From the NCBI GenBank assembly GCA_964577555.1, contig CAZNZM010000001.1:12684-76683 (forward strand): a DNA stretch of 64,000 bases, in the 5' to 3' direction. Made by a program: the position numbers and the translations under genes. This DNA is from an uncultured archaeon. Lineage in GTDB: Archaea; Iainarchaeota; Iainarchaeia; Iainarchaeales; Iainarchaeaceae. Positions 8,672-18,258 of this stretch are shown in pieces (the stretch's first letter is position 1; each line of letters opens with the position of its first letter). Below the pieces are notes generated by a model, which was given only the letters and a program-made list of their open reading frames with translations, was not told the origin of the DNA and did not search any database.

Positions 8672-10327
8672 ATGGAAAAAGTGAAAAACGATGCTTACAG
8701 GTATGCAATAAAAAATGCTTTTGAACATGAAGGCAAAGCTGACATCGGCGCTGTGATAGGCAAACTAAAGGCGTTGCACAAAGAAATTGATGTAAAAAAT
8801 CTTGTTCAACCTGCATCGGAAGCTGTAAAAAAAGTAAATTCAATGGCATTCCATGACATAGAAATTGAATTCAAAAAATTTGAGGAAAATTATGAATTGA
8901 AGCCTAAAGAAGGCAGAACAGGGTTGCCGCAACTTGAATGGGCTGAAAAAGGCGAAGCTGTTGTTACTAGGTATGCGCCAAACCCAAATGGCCCTCCGCA
9001 TCTTGGAAACGCAAGAGCCGCATTTTTGAGTTATGCTTATGCAAAAATGTATAATGGAAAATTCATTTTGAGGTTTGAAGACACTGACCCGAAAGTAAAA
9101 AAACCTATGAAAAATCCTGAAGAAGAATTCAGAAATGACCTTGAATGGTTCGGAATAAAAATAGATGAAGTGTACTTTGCATCAGATAGACTTCAAATTT
9201 ATTACAATTATATGAAAAAACTCATTGAAATGGGTAAAGCTTATGTTTGCGAATGCAAAACCCAAGAGTGGAAAAAAGCTGTTGATGCAAAAAAACCATG
9301 CCCTTGCAGAAACAAGCCTGCAACTTTCCATACTGAAAAATTTGAAAAAATGCTAAAACATGAAATCAAAGAAGGCGAAGCAGTATTAAGAATAAAAACC
9401 GATTTGGATCACCCAGACCCAAGCGTAAGGGATTGGTGGATAGCAAGAATTGTTGACAAACCAGAACATCCAAGAGCAACAGGAAAAGATCATGTTTGGC
9501 CAAGCTTCATGTTCCAAAGCGCCATTGACGATCACGAAATGGGAATCACTTTGATAATGCGCGGGCAAGAACACGCACAAAACTCGACAAAACAAAAATA
9601 CTTGTATGATTATTTTGGTTGGAAACAACCTCACGCAATACATTTTGGCAGAATTTCATTGGGAAGCATGGTGTTAAGCACTTCCAAAATCAAAGCCGGG
9701 ATTGAAAAAGGCGAATACATTGGCTGGGACGACATAAGACTTGGAACTTTAAGGGCATTAAAAAGAAGGGGTTTTTTGCCGGAAGCTCTGCAAAAAATAA
9801 TTGTTGATTGCGGCCTTACCACGAGCGATGCTCGCATTTCGTTTTCAAAAATGGCGGCATATAACAGGGAATTAATAAAAGACAAAGCAGAAAAATCGGT
9901 GTTTATAGAAGAAGGGGTTCAAGTTGAAGTGCCAATGATGGACAGCATGGAGATTAAAAAAGACAATTTGACAATAAAACTTCCAAGAGGCATACATAAA
10001 TTCATTGTGCCTGCAAAAGAAATTCCATTAAAAAAAGGCGAAATAGTCAGGCTTAGAAACGCTTATAACATAAAAATAGAAAAAAACGATGGTTACGGTG
10101 TGGAAGCTAAATTTGTGGGAAACGATCCAAAACAAAAACAAATAATTCCATGGATACATGAACCTATTGATTTGGAATTGATAATAGAAAATGGTTCAAG
10201 GGTTGTTGGTGCAATTGAAAATATGAAGCTAGAAAAAGGGAAAAGACTTTACCTTGAAAAAATTGGTTTTTGCATAATTGATTCAATTGAGGGTAAAAGG
10301 CCAATAGCGTATTTTACGCATGAATGA
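8672..10327 (+). CDS. gltX: Glutamyl-tRNA synthetase, archaeal/eukaryal type
   Basis: Class I HIGH variant (PNGPPHLGNARAA) and KMSKS-like VLSTSK. Archaeal zinc-binding insertion CECK..x13..CPC. C-terminal anticodon-binding beta-barrel. Confidence 0.9.
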   Translation: MEKVKNDAYRYAIKNAFEHEGKADIGAVIGKLKALHKEIDVKNLVQPASEAVKKVNSMAFHDIEIEFKKFEENYELKPKEGRTGLPQLEWAEKGEAVVTRYAPNPNGPPHLGNARAAFLSYAYAKMYNGKFILRFEDTDPKVKKPMKNPEEEFRNDLEWFGIKIDEVYFASDRLQIYYNYMKKLIEMGKAYVCECKTQEWKKAVDAKKPCPCRNKPATFHTEKFEKMLKHEIKEGEAVLRIKTDLDHPDPSVRDWWIARIVDKPEHPRATGKDHVWPSFMFQSAIDDHEMGITLIMRGQEHAQNSTKQKYLYDYFGWKQPHAIHFGRISLGSMVLSTSKIKAGIEKGEYIGWDDIRLGTLRALKRRGFLPEALQKIIVDCGLTTSDARISFSKMAAYNRELIKDKAEKSVFIEEGVQVEVPMMDSMEIKKDNLTIKLPRGIHKFIVPAKEIPLKKGEIVRLRNAYNIKIEKNDGYGVEAKFVGNDPKQKQIIPWIHEPIDLELIIENGSRVVGAIENMKLEKGKRLYLEKIGFCIIDSIEGKRPIAYFTHE

Positions 10328-10354
10328 AAAATTTATTTTCAATAGCCAGATCTT

Positions 10355-10600
10355 TTACATATTTTTTTTAACTCCGGTATTACTTAATAAATAATCCTCA
10401 TTTTCAGACAATTTAGCGATCATATAATCTATTATTTTATCTTTCAATTCTTTTCTTTTTTTTATAAATTCATCACGTTTTTCATTTAATATATCTTTTA
10501 CAATATTATGAATCTTGTGCGCCTGATATTTTTGTGATAAATCATTATTCTTCCTAAAAATTGCTTGGGATATTTGATAAGAAGTATGATCAATTCCCAC
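10355..10600 (-). CDS. Hypothetical small K/E-rich helical protein
   Basis: 81-aa ORF with no recognisable family. AT-rich promoter-like region upstream. Confidence 0.3.
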   Translation of the reverse strand: MGIDHTSYQISQAIFRKNNDLSQKYQAHKIHNIVKDILNEKRDEFIKKRKELKDKIIDYMIAKLSENEDYLLSNTGVKKNM

Positions 10601-10780
10601 ATAATTAGATAAATTAAAATCTTGCCGTAATTAAATTGTCTGATTTTCCTTAAAAGTCGATTTTCTGGTTAAAAAAATATAATTTACTGCTTACAAAATA
10701 AAATATAAAAGTTAGGACAAAACTATGCTGAAGAAACATTTTTATACTACAAATACGTTGTTTCTAATTACAAAAATTGT

Positions 10781-11074
10781 TTGGAGGTGCGAGTTTTGAA
10801 TGCGATAAAAGTTGAAATAACACCTGAGGAAAAGGCAAGCAGAATTGAGTTAGTAATAAGGTTTTTTTATATGATTCCTTTGTTTATAGTAATGTACATA
10901 TTAGCATTAATTATGCAAATAGCAGTAGTGTTGAATTTTATTACTTCTCTTTTGCTTGGAAAAAGAATTCCAGTGCTTAATAATCTGGTCGTACTATACA
11001 TAAAATATTTGAATAAGTTTTTAACTTACTTGTTCCTTAGCGATGAAAGGCCTGAAATCGTGCCAAAACCTTAA
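10781..11074 (+). CDS. DUF4389-like small membrane protein
   Basis: R.EL..RFFYMIPLFIV........IA....W...L..GKRIP.L..........YLTYLFLSDERPEI resembles the DUF4389 consensus ending in TD-YPPF. 2 TM segments. Confidence 0.45.
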   Translation: MEVRVLNAIKVEITPEEKASRIELVIRFFYMIPLFIVMYILALIMQIAVVLNFITSLLLGKRIPVLNNLVVLYIKYLNKFLTYLFLSDERPEIVPKP

Positions 11075-11090
11075 ATTGAAAATTAATTGT

Positions 11091-11165
11091 TTTTATGGCA
11101 AAGTTTTTTCTTTGTCTTTTTTTAATTTTTGATTTTTTGTTGATTTTTGGCAAAGTGTTTTTGCA
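11091..11165 (+). terminator. Oligo-T tract cluster with a TTTTGGCAAAG direct repeat downstream of the DUF4389 gene
   Basis: Several T5-T8 runs on the coding strand, which is the archaeal intrinsic termination signal. TTGGCAAAG appears twice. Confidence 0.35.
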
Positions 11166-11400
11166 AACTGATTTTTTCAATCGATTTTTGTATAAATTTA
11201 TTAAAAAACTTTTATTTTGAGTTGTTTTTTAAAAATAAAGTTTTATTAAAGCTTTTAATTCTGATAAGCCTATCCTTTTAAACCCTTCCAAATTATAAAT
11301 AATTATATTTTGTTTTGCAACTGGCTATTTGGCTTGTAGCTTGTTGTATTATTAGCCAATGACGATGATTCCCAAAAAGGGATAAGGAGGTGTGTGTAGC

Positions 11401-11766
11401 ATGGCTAATTATGTAAAATTTGTCGTGCCTGAGGAGATCAAGGCAAAGCAAGGGATTATTCTTGAAAAAATTAGGAAGACTGGAAAGATTAAAATAGGCA
11501 GTAATGAAACTACCAAAGCGGCTGAAAGGGGTACTGCAAAGTTGGTGGTTATTGCCGAGGATGTTAATCCGCCTGAAATTGTAATGCATTTGCCTTTGAT
11601 TTGCAAGGAGAAGAATATTCCTTTTTCGTTTGTTTCAACGAAGAAAGGTTTGGGTCAATATGTTGGTATTGATGTCGGAACCGCGGCAATAGCTGTTCTT
11701 GACGAGGGCGATCAAAAGAAAGAGTTTGCGGATCTTGTGAAAAAAATACAGGAATTGTCTAAATGA
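11401..11766 (+). CDS. rpl7ae: Ribosomal protein L7Ae (eL8; K-turn binding)
   Basis: L7Ae/L30e fold signature ([32 protein letters not shown]). AAGGAGGTG ribosome-binding site 8 nt upstream of the ATG. Heads the conserved L7Ae-S28e-L24e-ndk-infB cluster. Confidence 0.9.
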   Translation: MANYVKFVVPEEIKAKQGIILEKIRKTGKIKIGSNETTKAAERGTAKLVVIAEDVNPPEIVMHLPLICKEKNIPFSFVSTKKGLGQYVGIDVGTAAIAVLDEGDQKKEFADLVKKIQELSK

Positions 11767-11767
11767 G

Positions 11768-11986
11768 GTGGCTTTGATGGAGAAAGGCACGCCGGCTGAA
11801 GTTGTTGAAGTCCTTGGCAGGACAGGGGTTTATGGTGAAATAATTCAGGTCTTATGCAGAATACTTGAAGGACCTGAACAAGGCAGGGTTAAGAGAAGGA
11901 ACATTAAAGGGAATGTGAAAAAGGGAGACGTGATTATTTTGCTTTCAACAGAAAGGGAAGCAAAGGAAATCAAGGCTAATAGGTGA
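11768..11986 (+). CDS. rps28e: Ribosomal protein eS28
   Basis: [28 protein letters not shown]...GRV.RRN.KG.V..GD.I.L..EREA is a near-consensus eS28. Confidence 0.9.
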   Translation: MALMEKGTPAEVVEVLGRTGVYGEIIQVLCRILEGPEQGRVKRRNIKGNVKKGDVIILLSTEREAKEIKANR

Positions 11987-12237
11987 TTTTAATGCCGAAA
12001 GATTCTTTTACTGGAGAGGAAATACCAAAAGGTAAGGGGCACATGTATGTCTTGAAGGATGGCACAGTATATTGGTTTTTGAATCAAAAATCGGAAAAAA
12101 ATTTTTTAAAGTTGAGAAGAATTCCTTCAAAAACCAAGTGGACTTCAATTTATCATAGGGAAAAAACTACTCGTATCAAGGCAATGAAAAAAGAGGTGGC
12201 CAAGCATGGAAAGAACTCTGATAATAATAAAGCCTGA
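11983..12237 (+). CDS. rpl24e: Ribosomal protein eL24, lacking the zinc-finger cysteines; likely start at the Met at 11992
   Basis: Core ..[14 protein letters not shown]...K.EKNF with a basic tail in the conserved slot. All four canonical Cys positions are replaced (S/T..N.KS). Confidence 0.8.
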   Translation: MILMPKDSFTGEEIPKGKGHMYVLKDGTVYWFLNQKSEKNFLKLRRIPSKTKWTSIYHREKTTRIKAMKKEVAKHGKNSDNNKA

Positions 12238-12670
12238 TGCGATTAACAGAGGCTTGATTGGAGAGGTTATACACCGCTTTGAGAGAAAGGGGCTTAAAAT
12301 TGTTGGCATGAAAATGGTTCATCTTAGTGAGAAAATTCTTGAAGAACATTATTCACACCTTGTTTCAAAACCTTTTTTTTTAAGCATAAAAAAATTCATG
12401 AGGTCTGCGCCGAGTGTTTTAATGGTTCTTGAGGGTAGGAAAGTTGTTGATGTTGTGAGAAAAATGGCTGGTGTCACTGAAGGTACTGAAGCTTTGCCAG
12501 GCACAATAAGAGGGGATTTTTCTTTAAGCCTTCAAAACACGATTATTCATGCTTCGGACAGCGTTGAAACTGCTAAAAAAGAGATAAAGAGGTTTTTTGC
12601 CGATAGCGAATTGTTTGAGTATACAAAAGTTGATTCTGAAATGATTTATTCGGATTCTGAAAAGGTGTGA
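12206..12670 (+). CDS. ndk: Nucleoside diphosphate kinase
   Basis: [19 protein letters not shown] (active-site His) and LPGTIRGDF motifs. Confidence 0.93.
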   Translation: MERTLIIIKPDAINRGLIGEVIHRFERKGLKIVGMKMVHLSEKILEEHYSHLVSKPFFLSIKKFMRSAPSVLMVLEGRKVVDVVRKMAGVTEGTEALPGTIRGDFSLSLQNTIIHASDSVETAKKEIKRFFADSELFEYTKVDSEMIYSDSEKV

Positions 12671-12679
12671 GGTGTTTGG

Positions 12680-13108
12680 TTGATTGTAAAGGTCAAAAGG
12701 CTTTCGCCTGAAGCCAAAATGCCGAAATTGGAGCATGAGGGCGATGCTGGTTTTGATCTTTATAGTGTTGAAGATGCTGTTTTGAAGCCAATGCAGAGAA
12801 AACTTGTTGGCACTGGCATAAGTATTGAAATTGAAAAGGGTTATGAGGCTCAAGTAAGGCCAAAAAGCGGGCTTGCAATTGAAAATGGAATAACCATGCT
12901 TAATACTCCCGGCACTATTGATGCTGGTTATCGCGGCGAAATAAAGGTTATTGTAATAAATTTGGGGGAAAAGGAGTACAGGATTGAGAAAGGCAAAAAA
13001 ATTGCTCAAATTGTTTTTTCAAAAGTTGAAACTCCAAAGCTTTTGGAGGTTAACGAGCTTGAACCGAGTTCGCGTTCAAATCGCGGTTTTGGTTCAACGG
13101 GGTTGTAG
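12680..13108 (+). CDS. dut: dUTP diphosphatase (trimeric dUTPase)
   Basis: dUTPase motifs AGFDLYS, RPKSGLA, GTIDAGYRGE and the C-terminal RGFGSTG. Confidence 0.9.
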   Translation: MIVKVKRLSPEAKMPKLEHEGDAGFDLYSVEDAVLKPMQRKLVGTGISIEIEKGYEAQVRPKSGLAIENGITMLNTPGTIDAGYRGEIKVIVINLGEKEYRIEKGKKIAQIVFSKVETPKLLEVNELEPSSRSNRGFGSTGL

Positions 13109-13116
13109 GGATAATT

Positions 13117-14859
13117 ATGATGAGAAAGCCCATAATTACTGTGCTTGGGCATGTGGATGCCGGAAAAACTAAAATGTTGGATGCTATCAGAGGCACGGCT
13201 ATTGCTGAAAAGGAAGCCGGAGGAATAACTCAACATATTGGAGCCACTGAAGTGCCAATAAATGTAATAACCAAAATTGCAAAGCCGATAGCTGAAAAAT
13301 ACAAGTTTAACATAAAAATTCCTGGGTTGCTTTTTATTGACACGCCAGGGCATGAAGCTTTCACCAACCTTCGTAAAAGAGGGGGCAGCATTGCGGATTT
13401 GTCGGTCTTAGTAGTTGATATACATAACGGCTTGCAGGAGCAAACAATAGAAGCAATTGAAATTCTGAAAACTTATAAGTGCCCTTTTGTTGTTGCCGTC
13501 AACAAGATTGATACTATTCAAGGTTGGATTGGAAAAGAGGGTTCTTTTTCGGAATCAATTGAAATGCAGAGGAAAGAAGTTGTTGAAGCTCTTGACGTTA
13601 AAATATATTCTATAGTGGGCCAATTGCATTCAAAGGGTTTTGCAAGCGAACGTTTTGACAGGGTGAAGGATTTTACAAAAGAAATAGCTATATTGCCTAT
13701 TTCGGCAAAGGGAAGAATAGGGATTCAAGAACTTTTGGTTTTTCTTGCGGCTCTTTCGCAACGTTATCTTGAAAAAAAACTTGAAATTCATGAAAAAGGA
13801 AATTGCAAGGGAACAGTACTTGAGGTAAAGGAGGGGAAGGGGCTTGGGACTACGATTGATGTAATACTTTATGAAGGCAGGATAAGTGTTGGAGAAAAAA
13901 TAATTGTAGGCGGAAGGAATGGAATAATAAGAACCAAAATAAGGGCTTTGCTTGAACCTAAACCAGTAGGAGACAAGAGTAATGAGAAGTATAATTGTGT
14001 GAAAGAGGTTCATGCTGCCGCAGGAGTAAAAATTTCTGCGCCAAGTCTTGATGATGCAATTTCCGGTTCTCCTTTGAGGCACGAATCTGAAGAAGCTGAA
14101 AAGGAAATAATGGATGAAATAAAAAAGGTAAAGTTTGAATCTGATGCTGTTGGGCCTATTGTGCGAAGCAATACCCTTGGAAGTCTTGAAGCTCTTGTAA
14201 AGTTGCTTCATGACAAGGGCATCAAAGTGAAAAAAGCTGATATTGGCGAAATTCAAAGGGTTGATGTGCTTGAGGTTCTTCCAGTAAGGGAAAAAGACAA
14301 GTTCAAAGGAGTGATATTTGCTTTTCACACTGGCATATCAGAACAAGCAGAAGTTGAAGCAAAGAAAAGAGGGGTTAAGATATTCAAAAATGATGTGGTG
14401 TATAGGTTGCTTGAAGAGTACGATGCATGGATTTCTGCGGAAAAGGCAAATGAAAAAATGCAGAAGCTTTCAAACATTACTTTGCCAGCAAAGTTTGAAG
14501 TCCTCAGGGGTTTTGTATTCAGAAGAAGCAATCCTGCAATTGTTGGAATAAAAGTTCTTGAAGGAAAACTGCGTAAAGGGGTTGAAGTAATAAATAAAGG
14601 CAAAATAGTTGGCAGGGTACAGTCATTACAAAGCGAGGGAAAAAATATTGAAGAAGCGGTAAAAGGCATGGAAATAGCCGTTTCTATTGAAGGAGGGGTT
14701 GTTGATAAAGGCTTTTCGGAAGGCGATATATTGTATAGTTTTATTCCATTAAGACAATTTTCCGAAATAGAAGACATTGTTGATGTTTTCTCAAAAGAAG
14801 AATTGCAGTTGCTTGGTGAAATCAAGATTATGAGCCAGGAAATTGAAGGGTATACATAA
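13117..14859 (+). CDS. infB: Translation initiation factor aIF5B (IF2 homologue)
   Basis: G domain (VLGHVDAGKT, DTPGHEAF, NKID), beta-barrel domain II and C-terminal domains over 580 aa. Conserved position after ndk. Confidence 0.93.
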   Translation: MMRKPIITVLGHVDAGKTKMLDAIRGTAIAEKEAGGITQHIGATEVPINVITKIAKPIAEKYKFNIKIPGLLFIDTPGHEAFTNLRKRGGSIADLSVLVVDIHNGLQEQTIEAIEILKTYKCPFVVAVNKIDTIQGWIGKEGSFSESIEMQRKEVVEALDVKIYSIVGQLHSKGFASERFDRVKDFTKEIAILPISAKGRIGIQELLVFLAALSQRYLEKKLEIHEKGNCKGTVLEVKEGKGLGTTIDVILYEGRISVGEKIIVGGRNGIIRTKIRALLEPKPVGDKSNEKYNCVKEVHAAAGVKISAPSLDDAISGSPLRHESEEAEKEIMDEIKKVKFESDAVGPIVRSNTLGSLEALVKLLHDKGIKVKKADIGEIQRVDVLEVLPVREKDKFKGVIFAFHTGISEQAEVEAKKRGVKIFKNDVVYRLLEEYDAWISAEKANEKMQKLSNITLPAKFEVLRGFVFRRSNPAIVGIKVLEGKLRKGVEVINKGKIVGRVQSLQSEGKNIEEAVKGMEIAVSIEGGVVDKGFSEGDILYSFIPLRQFSEIEDIVDVFSKEELQLLGEIKIMSQEIEGYT

Positions 14860-14872
14860 AGGAGGTTATGTG

Positions 14873-15268
14873 ATGAAATTAGTTGTTTCAGATCCGAAGT
14901 CAAGACAGGCTTATACAAAGACCGTGGAAAACGCTCAAATGTTTTTTGGCAAGAAAGTTGGCCAGGAGGTTGAGCTTGGCATTATAGGGCTTGAGGGTTA
15001 TTCTGCAAAAATAACCGGCGGCTCTGACAAGCAGGGTTTTCCAATAAAACCTGATTTGGAGGGAGGCGCAAGAAAGAAAGTCCTTGTAACGTTAGATGCA
15101 AAAAAAGGTCAAAAAAAGAAAATTTCAAGGAGGGGCAATCTAGTGACTGATGAGATAGCTCAATTGAACCTTAAAATAGTTAAGTATGGGCCTAAACCGA
15201 TTGAAGAGATTTTGGGCGGAGCCAATAAAGAGGTTTCAAAAAAGAAAGAAAGTGCAAAACCAAGTTGA
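14873..15268 (+). CDS. rps6e: Ribosomal protein eS6
   Basis: Start after a GGAGG ribosome-binding site (the ORF is listed from 14843). MKLVVSDP..Q......E........G.E..G..LEGY..KITGGSDKQGFPIK is a canonical eS6. Confidence 0.85.
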   Translation: MKLVVSDPKSRQAYTKTVENAQMFFGKKVGQEVELGIIGLEGYSAKITGGSDKQGFPIKPDLEGGARKKVLVTLDAKKGQKKKISRRGNLVTDEIAQLNLKIVKYGPKPIEEILGGANKEVSKKKESAKPS

Positions 15269-15282
15269 ATGGAGTTGAATAA

Positions 15283-16482
15283 ATGAAAAAACAAGGACAG
15301 CAAGCCGAAGTAAATATTGGAATGATAGGGCATGTTGACCATGGAAAGACTTCTTTGGTCAAGGCGTTGACTGGGAAGTGGACAGATACCCATAGTGAAG
15401 AAGTAAAAAAAGGAATTTCTATTAGACTTGGTTATGCTGATGCCACATTTTACAAGTGTGATAAAGCGGTTGGGCCTGAAGGGTACAATTCAACAGGCAA
15501 TTGTGATGGAATGGGAAAGGCAGTACCACTTAGAAGAGTATCATTCGTGGATGCTCCTGGGCATGAAACCCTCATGGCTACAATGCTTTCTGGTGCGGCT
15601 CTCATGCATGGCGCTGTGCTTGTGGTTGCCGCCAATGAAAAATGCCCACAACCAAGAACTGAAGAGCATTTAATGGCTCTCAAAATAGGCGGCATAAAAA
15701 ATATAGTTGTTGCACAAAACAAAATAGACTTGGTGGATGAAAGCAGGGCAAAAGAAAGTTTTAATGAAATAAGGGCTTTTTTGAAACAATATGGTTATGA
15801 TGATGCTCCAATAATTCCAATTTCTGCAAATCTTAACGTGAATATTGATTTGTTGATTGAAGCTATTGAAAAACACATTCCCACTCCAAAGCTTGACAAG
15901 GAAAAAAATTTCAAAATGTTTGTCGCAAGGAGTTTTGATGTCAACAAGCCAGGCACAAAACCGGAAGACATTAAAGGCGGTGTCATAGGTGGTTCAATAA
16001 TTTGCGGAAAACTCAAAGTAGGCGATGAAATAGAAATTTCTCCCGGCATTGGAAATGGGCCAATAAAAACAAAAGTTAATAGTCTTGGCGTGGATAATGG
16101 ATTTATAGAAGAAGCAACTCCCGGCGGTTTGATTGCAATAGGAACTGATTTGGATCCTTTTTACACTAAAAATGATGAAATGCGGGGCCAAGTTGCCGGC
16201 AAGCCAGGAACTTTGCCAAAACCTGTTTCAAATATCAAACTTGAAGTGCATGAAATAGAAAGGTTGATTGAAAAAAAAGGCGAAGGTTTCAAAGTGAATG
16301 ATTATGTCGTGCTTGCAATTGGAACAGCTACAATCATAGGGCAAATTTCAAGACAGGCTGGCAAAAACGAATTTGAATTTGTTCTTCGCAACCCGGCGAT
16401 TGTAGAAAAAGGGGAAAAAGTAGCAATAAGCAAAAGAGAACAGAGTGGTTGGAGATTAAGAGGATACGGGATTTGCAAATAA
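15283..16482 (+). CDS. eif2g: Translation initiation factor 2 gamma subunit (aIF2gamma)
   Basis: GTPase motifs GHVDHGKT, DAPGHE and NKID. Zinc-ribbon cysteines (CDKAV...C). EF-Tu-like domains II and III. Confidence 0.93.
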   Translation: MKKQGQQAEVNIGMIGHVDHGKTSLVKALTGKWTDTHSEEVKKGISIRLGYADATFYKCDKAVGPEGYNSTGNCDGMGKAVPLRRVSFVDAPGHETLMATMLSGAALMHGAVLVVAANEKCPQPRTEEHLMALKIGGIKNIVVAQNKIDLVDESRAKESFNEIRAFLKQYGYDDAPIIPISANLNVNIDLLIEAIEKHIPTPKLDKEKNFKMFVARSFDVNKPGTKPEDIKGGVIGGSIICGKLKVGDEIEISPGIGNGPIKTKVNSLGVDNGFIEEATPGGLIAIGTDLDPFYTKNDEMRGQVAGKPGTLPKPVSNIKLEVHEIERLIEKKGEGFKVNDYVVLAIGTATIIGQISRQAGKNEFEFVLRNPAIVEKGEKVAISKREQSGWRLRGYGICK

Positions 16483-16496
16483 ACGAGGTGTGATTT

Positions 16497-16910
16497 TTGA
16501 AAGCGACTCAAACACAGGTTCAGAGCCAAGGCAATAAAACCATTATAGCTGTTGATACCAATATGTTGCTTAACATAGCCAGATTCAAAGTGGATTTTTT
16601 TAATGAAGCAAAAAAATTGATTGGCAAAGCGGATTTTGTTTTACCAAACCAGATTGTTGAAGAATTGCAAAAATTGGCTCTTAAAAAAGGAAAAATAGGG
16701 GTTGAAGCCAAGATTGCGCTCCAAATTTTAGCAAAAAAAGGCATTAAAACGCGCCAAATCAACGATTTAAGCGCAGACGATGCCCTTTTAAAACTCGCGG
16801 AGCAATGCATAATAGCTACCAATGATAGAAAATTAATGGCTTCTGTCAAAAGAATTGGGGGCAAAGTCTTGTTTTTAAGGCAACGTAAATTTTTACAATT
16901 AAAGGATTAG
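16497..16910 (+). CDS. PIN-domain protein (COG1412/Fcf1-like) conserved downstream of aIF2gamma
   Basis: IAVDTNMLL, acidic PIN residues (ATND) and a C-terminal FLRQRK. Canonical archaeal gene order. Confidence 0.72.
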   Translation: MKATQTQVQSQGNKTIIAVDTNMLLNIARFKVDFFNEAKKLIGKADFVLPNQIVEELQKLALKKGKIGVEAKIALQILAKKGIKTRQINDLSADDALLKLAEQCIIATNDRKLMASVKRIGGKVLFLRQRKFLQLKD

Positions 16911-16921
16911 AGGTGAGCGGC

Positions 16922-17527
16922 ATGTACATGATTTACACAATTATGGATACAATAAGGGTTCCTCCTGCTGAATTGGGTGGAAATATAAATGAAGTTTTGT
17001 TAAAGCAAGCAAAATCGGTTTATGAGGGAGTGCTTGACGAAGACATGGGCATAATTATTGCAGTAACAGGAATTGAAAACGTTGGTGATGGAAGAATAGT
17101 GCCAGGCGACGGAGCCGCGTACTACGAAACAAACATTTCAATGCTGACTTACAAGCCGAAACTACAAGAGCTTATTGAGGGGGAAGTAACCGATGTCACA
17201 GAATTTGGAGCATTTGTAAAAACAGGGCCTATTGAAGGCCTAGTTCATGTAAGCCAAATAATGGATGATTACATAAACTACGATGCAAAGCTGCCTGGTT
17301 TTATAGGAAAAGAATCCAAAAAAAGGCTTGTAAAGAAAGACGTTGTCTTGGCAAGAGTTGCAACAGTAAGCCTGAAAGGCACAATAGCAAACTCCAAAGT
17401 AGGGCTTACTATGAGACAATTAGGATTAGGAAAACCTGAATGGTTAAAAATTGATTTAAAAGAAAAAGCAAAGAAAAAAGAAAAAACAGACAAAACTGAA
17501 AAAAAGGAAAAACAAAAAAAGGAGTGA
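16922..17527 (+). CDS. rpoE: DNA-directed RNA polymerase subunit E' (Rpo7, S1 domain)
   Basis: GAGGTGA ribosome-binding site then ATG. VRVPP..L N-terminus, S1 domain (GEVTDVTEFGAFVKTGPIEGLVHVSQI) and a K/E-rich tail. Confidence 0.88.
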   Translation: MYMIYTIMDTIRVPPAELGGNINEVLLKQAKSVYEGVLDEDMGIIIAVTGIENVGDGRIVPGDGAAYYETNISMLTYKPKLQELIEGEVTDVTEFGAFVKTGPIEGLVHVSQIMDDYINYDAKLPGFIGKESKKRLVKKDVVLARVATVSLKGTIANSKVGLTMRQLGLGKPEWLKIDLKEKAKKKEKTDKTEKKEKQKKE

Positions 17528-17530
17528 AAA

Positions 17531-17731
17531 ATGATGAGACAGGAAAAAGCATGCAGGAGTTGCAGATACGTGCTTGAAGATAACAGTAATGTTTGCCCTG
17601 TTTGCGGCTCCAACCAATTCACAACTTTTTGGAGAGGATACACTATAATACTAAACCCTGAAAAGTCCGAAATAGGACAAAAAATGGGAATAACAAAAGC
17701 AGGAAAATATGCATTAAGACTGAGCAGGTGA
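17531..17731 (+). CDS. spt4: Transcription elongation factor Spt4 (RpoE'')
   Basis: CRSCRYV....CPVCGS zinc ribbon plus WRGYTIILNPEKSEI...GI...G.YAL. Confidence 0.85.
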   Translation: MMRQEKACRSCRYVLEDNSNVCPVCGSNQFTTFWRGYTIILNPEKSEIGQKMGITKAGKYALRLSR

Positions 17732-17737
17732 AAAAAA

Positions 17738-18052
17738 ATGGATGTTGAAATAATTTCAAGAAAAGAAAACAAAATATTAAACAGGCAAGAAGTTGGATTT
17801 TTGGTAAAAGGCGCAGGTGCGACGCCTTCAAGAAAAGAATTAAGAGAAAAAATCGCGGCGCTACTCAATGCCGACGAAAAAACAATTATTGTAGACGTGC
17901 TCAAAACAAGTTATGGTTCAACCGAATTAAAAGGAATTGCAAGAATATACAAAAACAAAAAAGATTTGGAAAGACTTGAACTTTCATACGTGATTGCAAG
18001 AAATTTTCCTGAAGAAAAGAAAACAACCGCAACCACGGCTCCAAACAAGTAA
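17738..18052 (+). CDS. rps24e: Ribosomal protein eS24
   Basis: [36 protein letters not shown] eS24 signature. Confidence 0.88.
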   Translation: MDVEIISRKENKILNRQEVGFLVKGAGATPSRKELREKIAALLNADEKTIIVDVLKTSYGSTELKGIARIYKNKKDLERLELSYVIARNFPEEKKTTATTAPNK

Positions 18053-18066
18053 AGGCGGTAATTGGC

Positions 18067-18249
18067 ATGGCTGAAAAAACAAAAACACAAAAAGAATCAA
18101 CCAAACAAAAAAAAGCGGATTATTATAAAATTGAAGGCGAAAAACTGGCAAGAAAAAAATATTGTCCTAAATGTGGCCCCGGCGTTTTCATGGCAGAACA
18201 TGAAAAACGCAACCACTGCGGAAAATGCGGTTATACGGAATTCAAGTGA
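18067..18249 (+). CDS. rps27ae: Ribosomal protein eS31 (S27ae)
   Basis: [25 protein letters not shown] zinc ribbon. Confidence 0.88.
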   Translation: MAEKTKTQKESTKQKKADYYKIEGEKLARKKYCPKCGPGVFMAEHEKRNHCGKCGYTEFK

Positions 18250-18258
18250 GGAACGCCA

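Noticed and set aside
10601-10780. Intergenic region before the DUF4389 gene scanned for a tRNA or small RNA
   Set aside because: No acceptor/T-arm pairing and no GTTCGAATC-type T-loop. It looks like an ordinary AT-rich promoter region.
11345-11400. C-box-like ATGACGATGA motif and small TCCC/GGGA hairpin upstream of the L7Ae gene, considered as an autoregulatory K-turn
   Set aside because: I could not fold a canonical K-turn by hand (C-stem, 3-nt bulge, tandem sheared G-A/A-G). The adjacent GGAGGTG is simply the ribosome-binding site. Left as unproven.
17278-17904. 208-aa minus-strand ORF spanning rpoE, spt4 and rps24e
   Set aside because: It crosses three well-supported + strand genes and is an antisense artefact.
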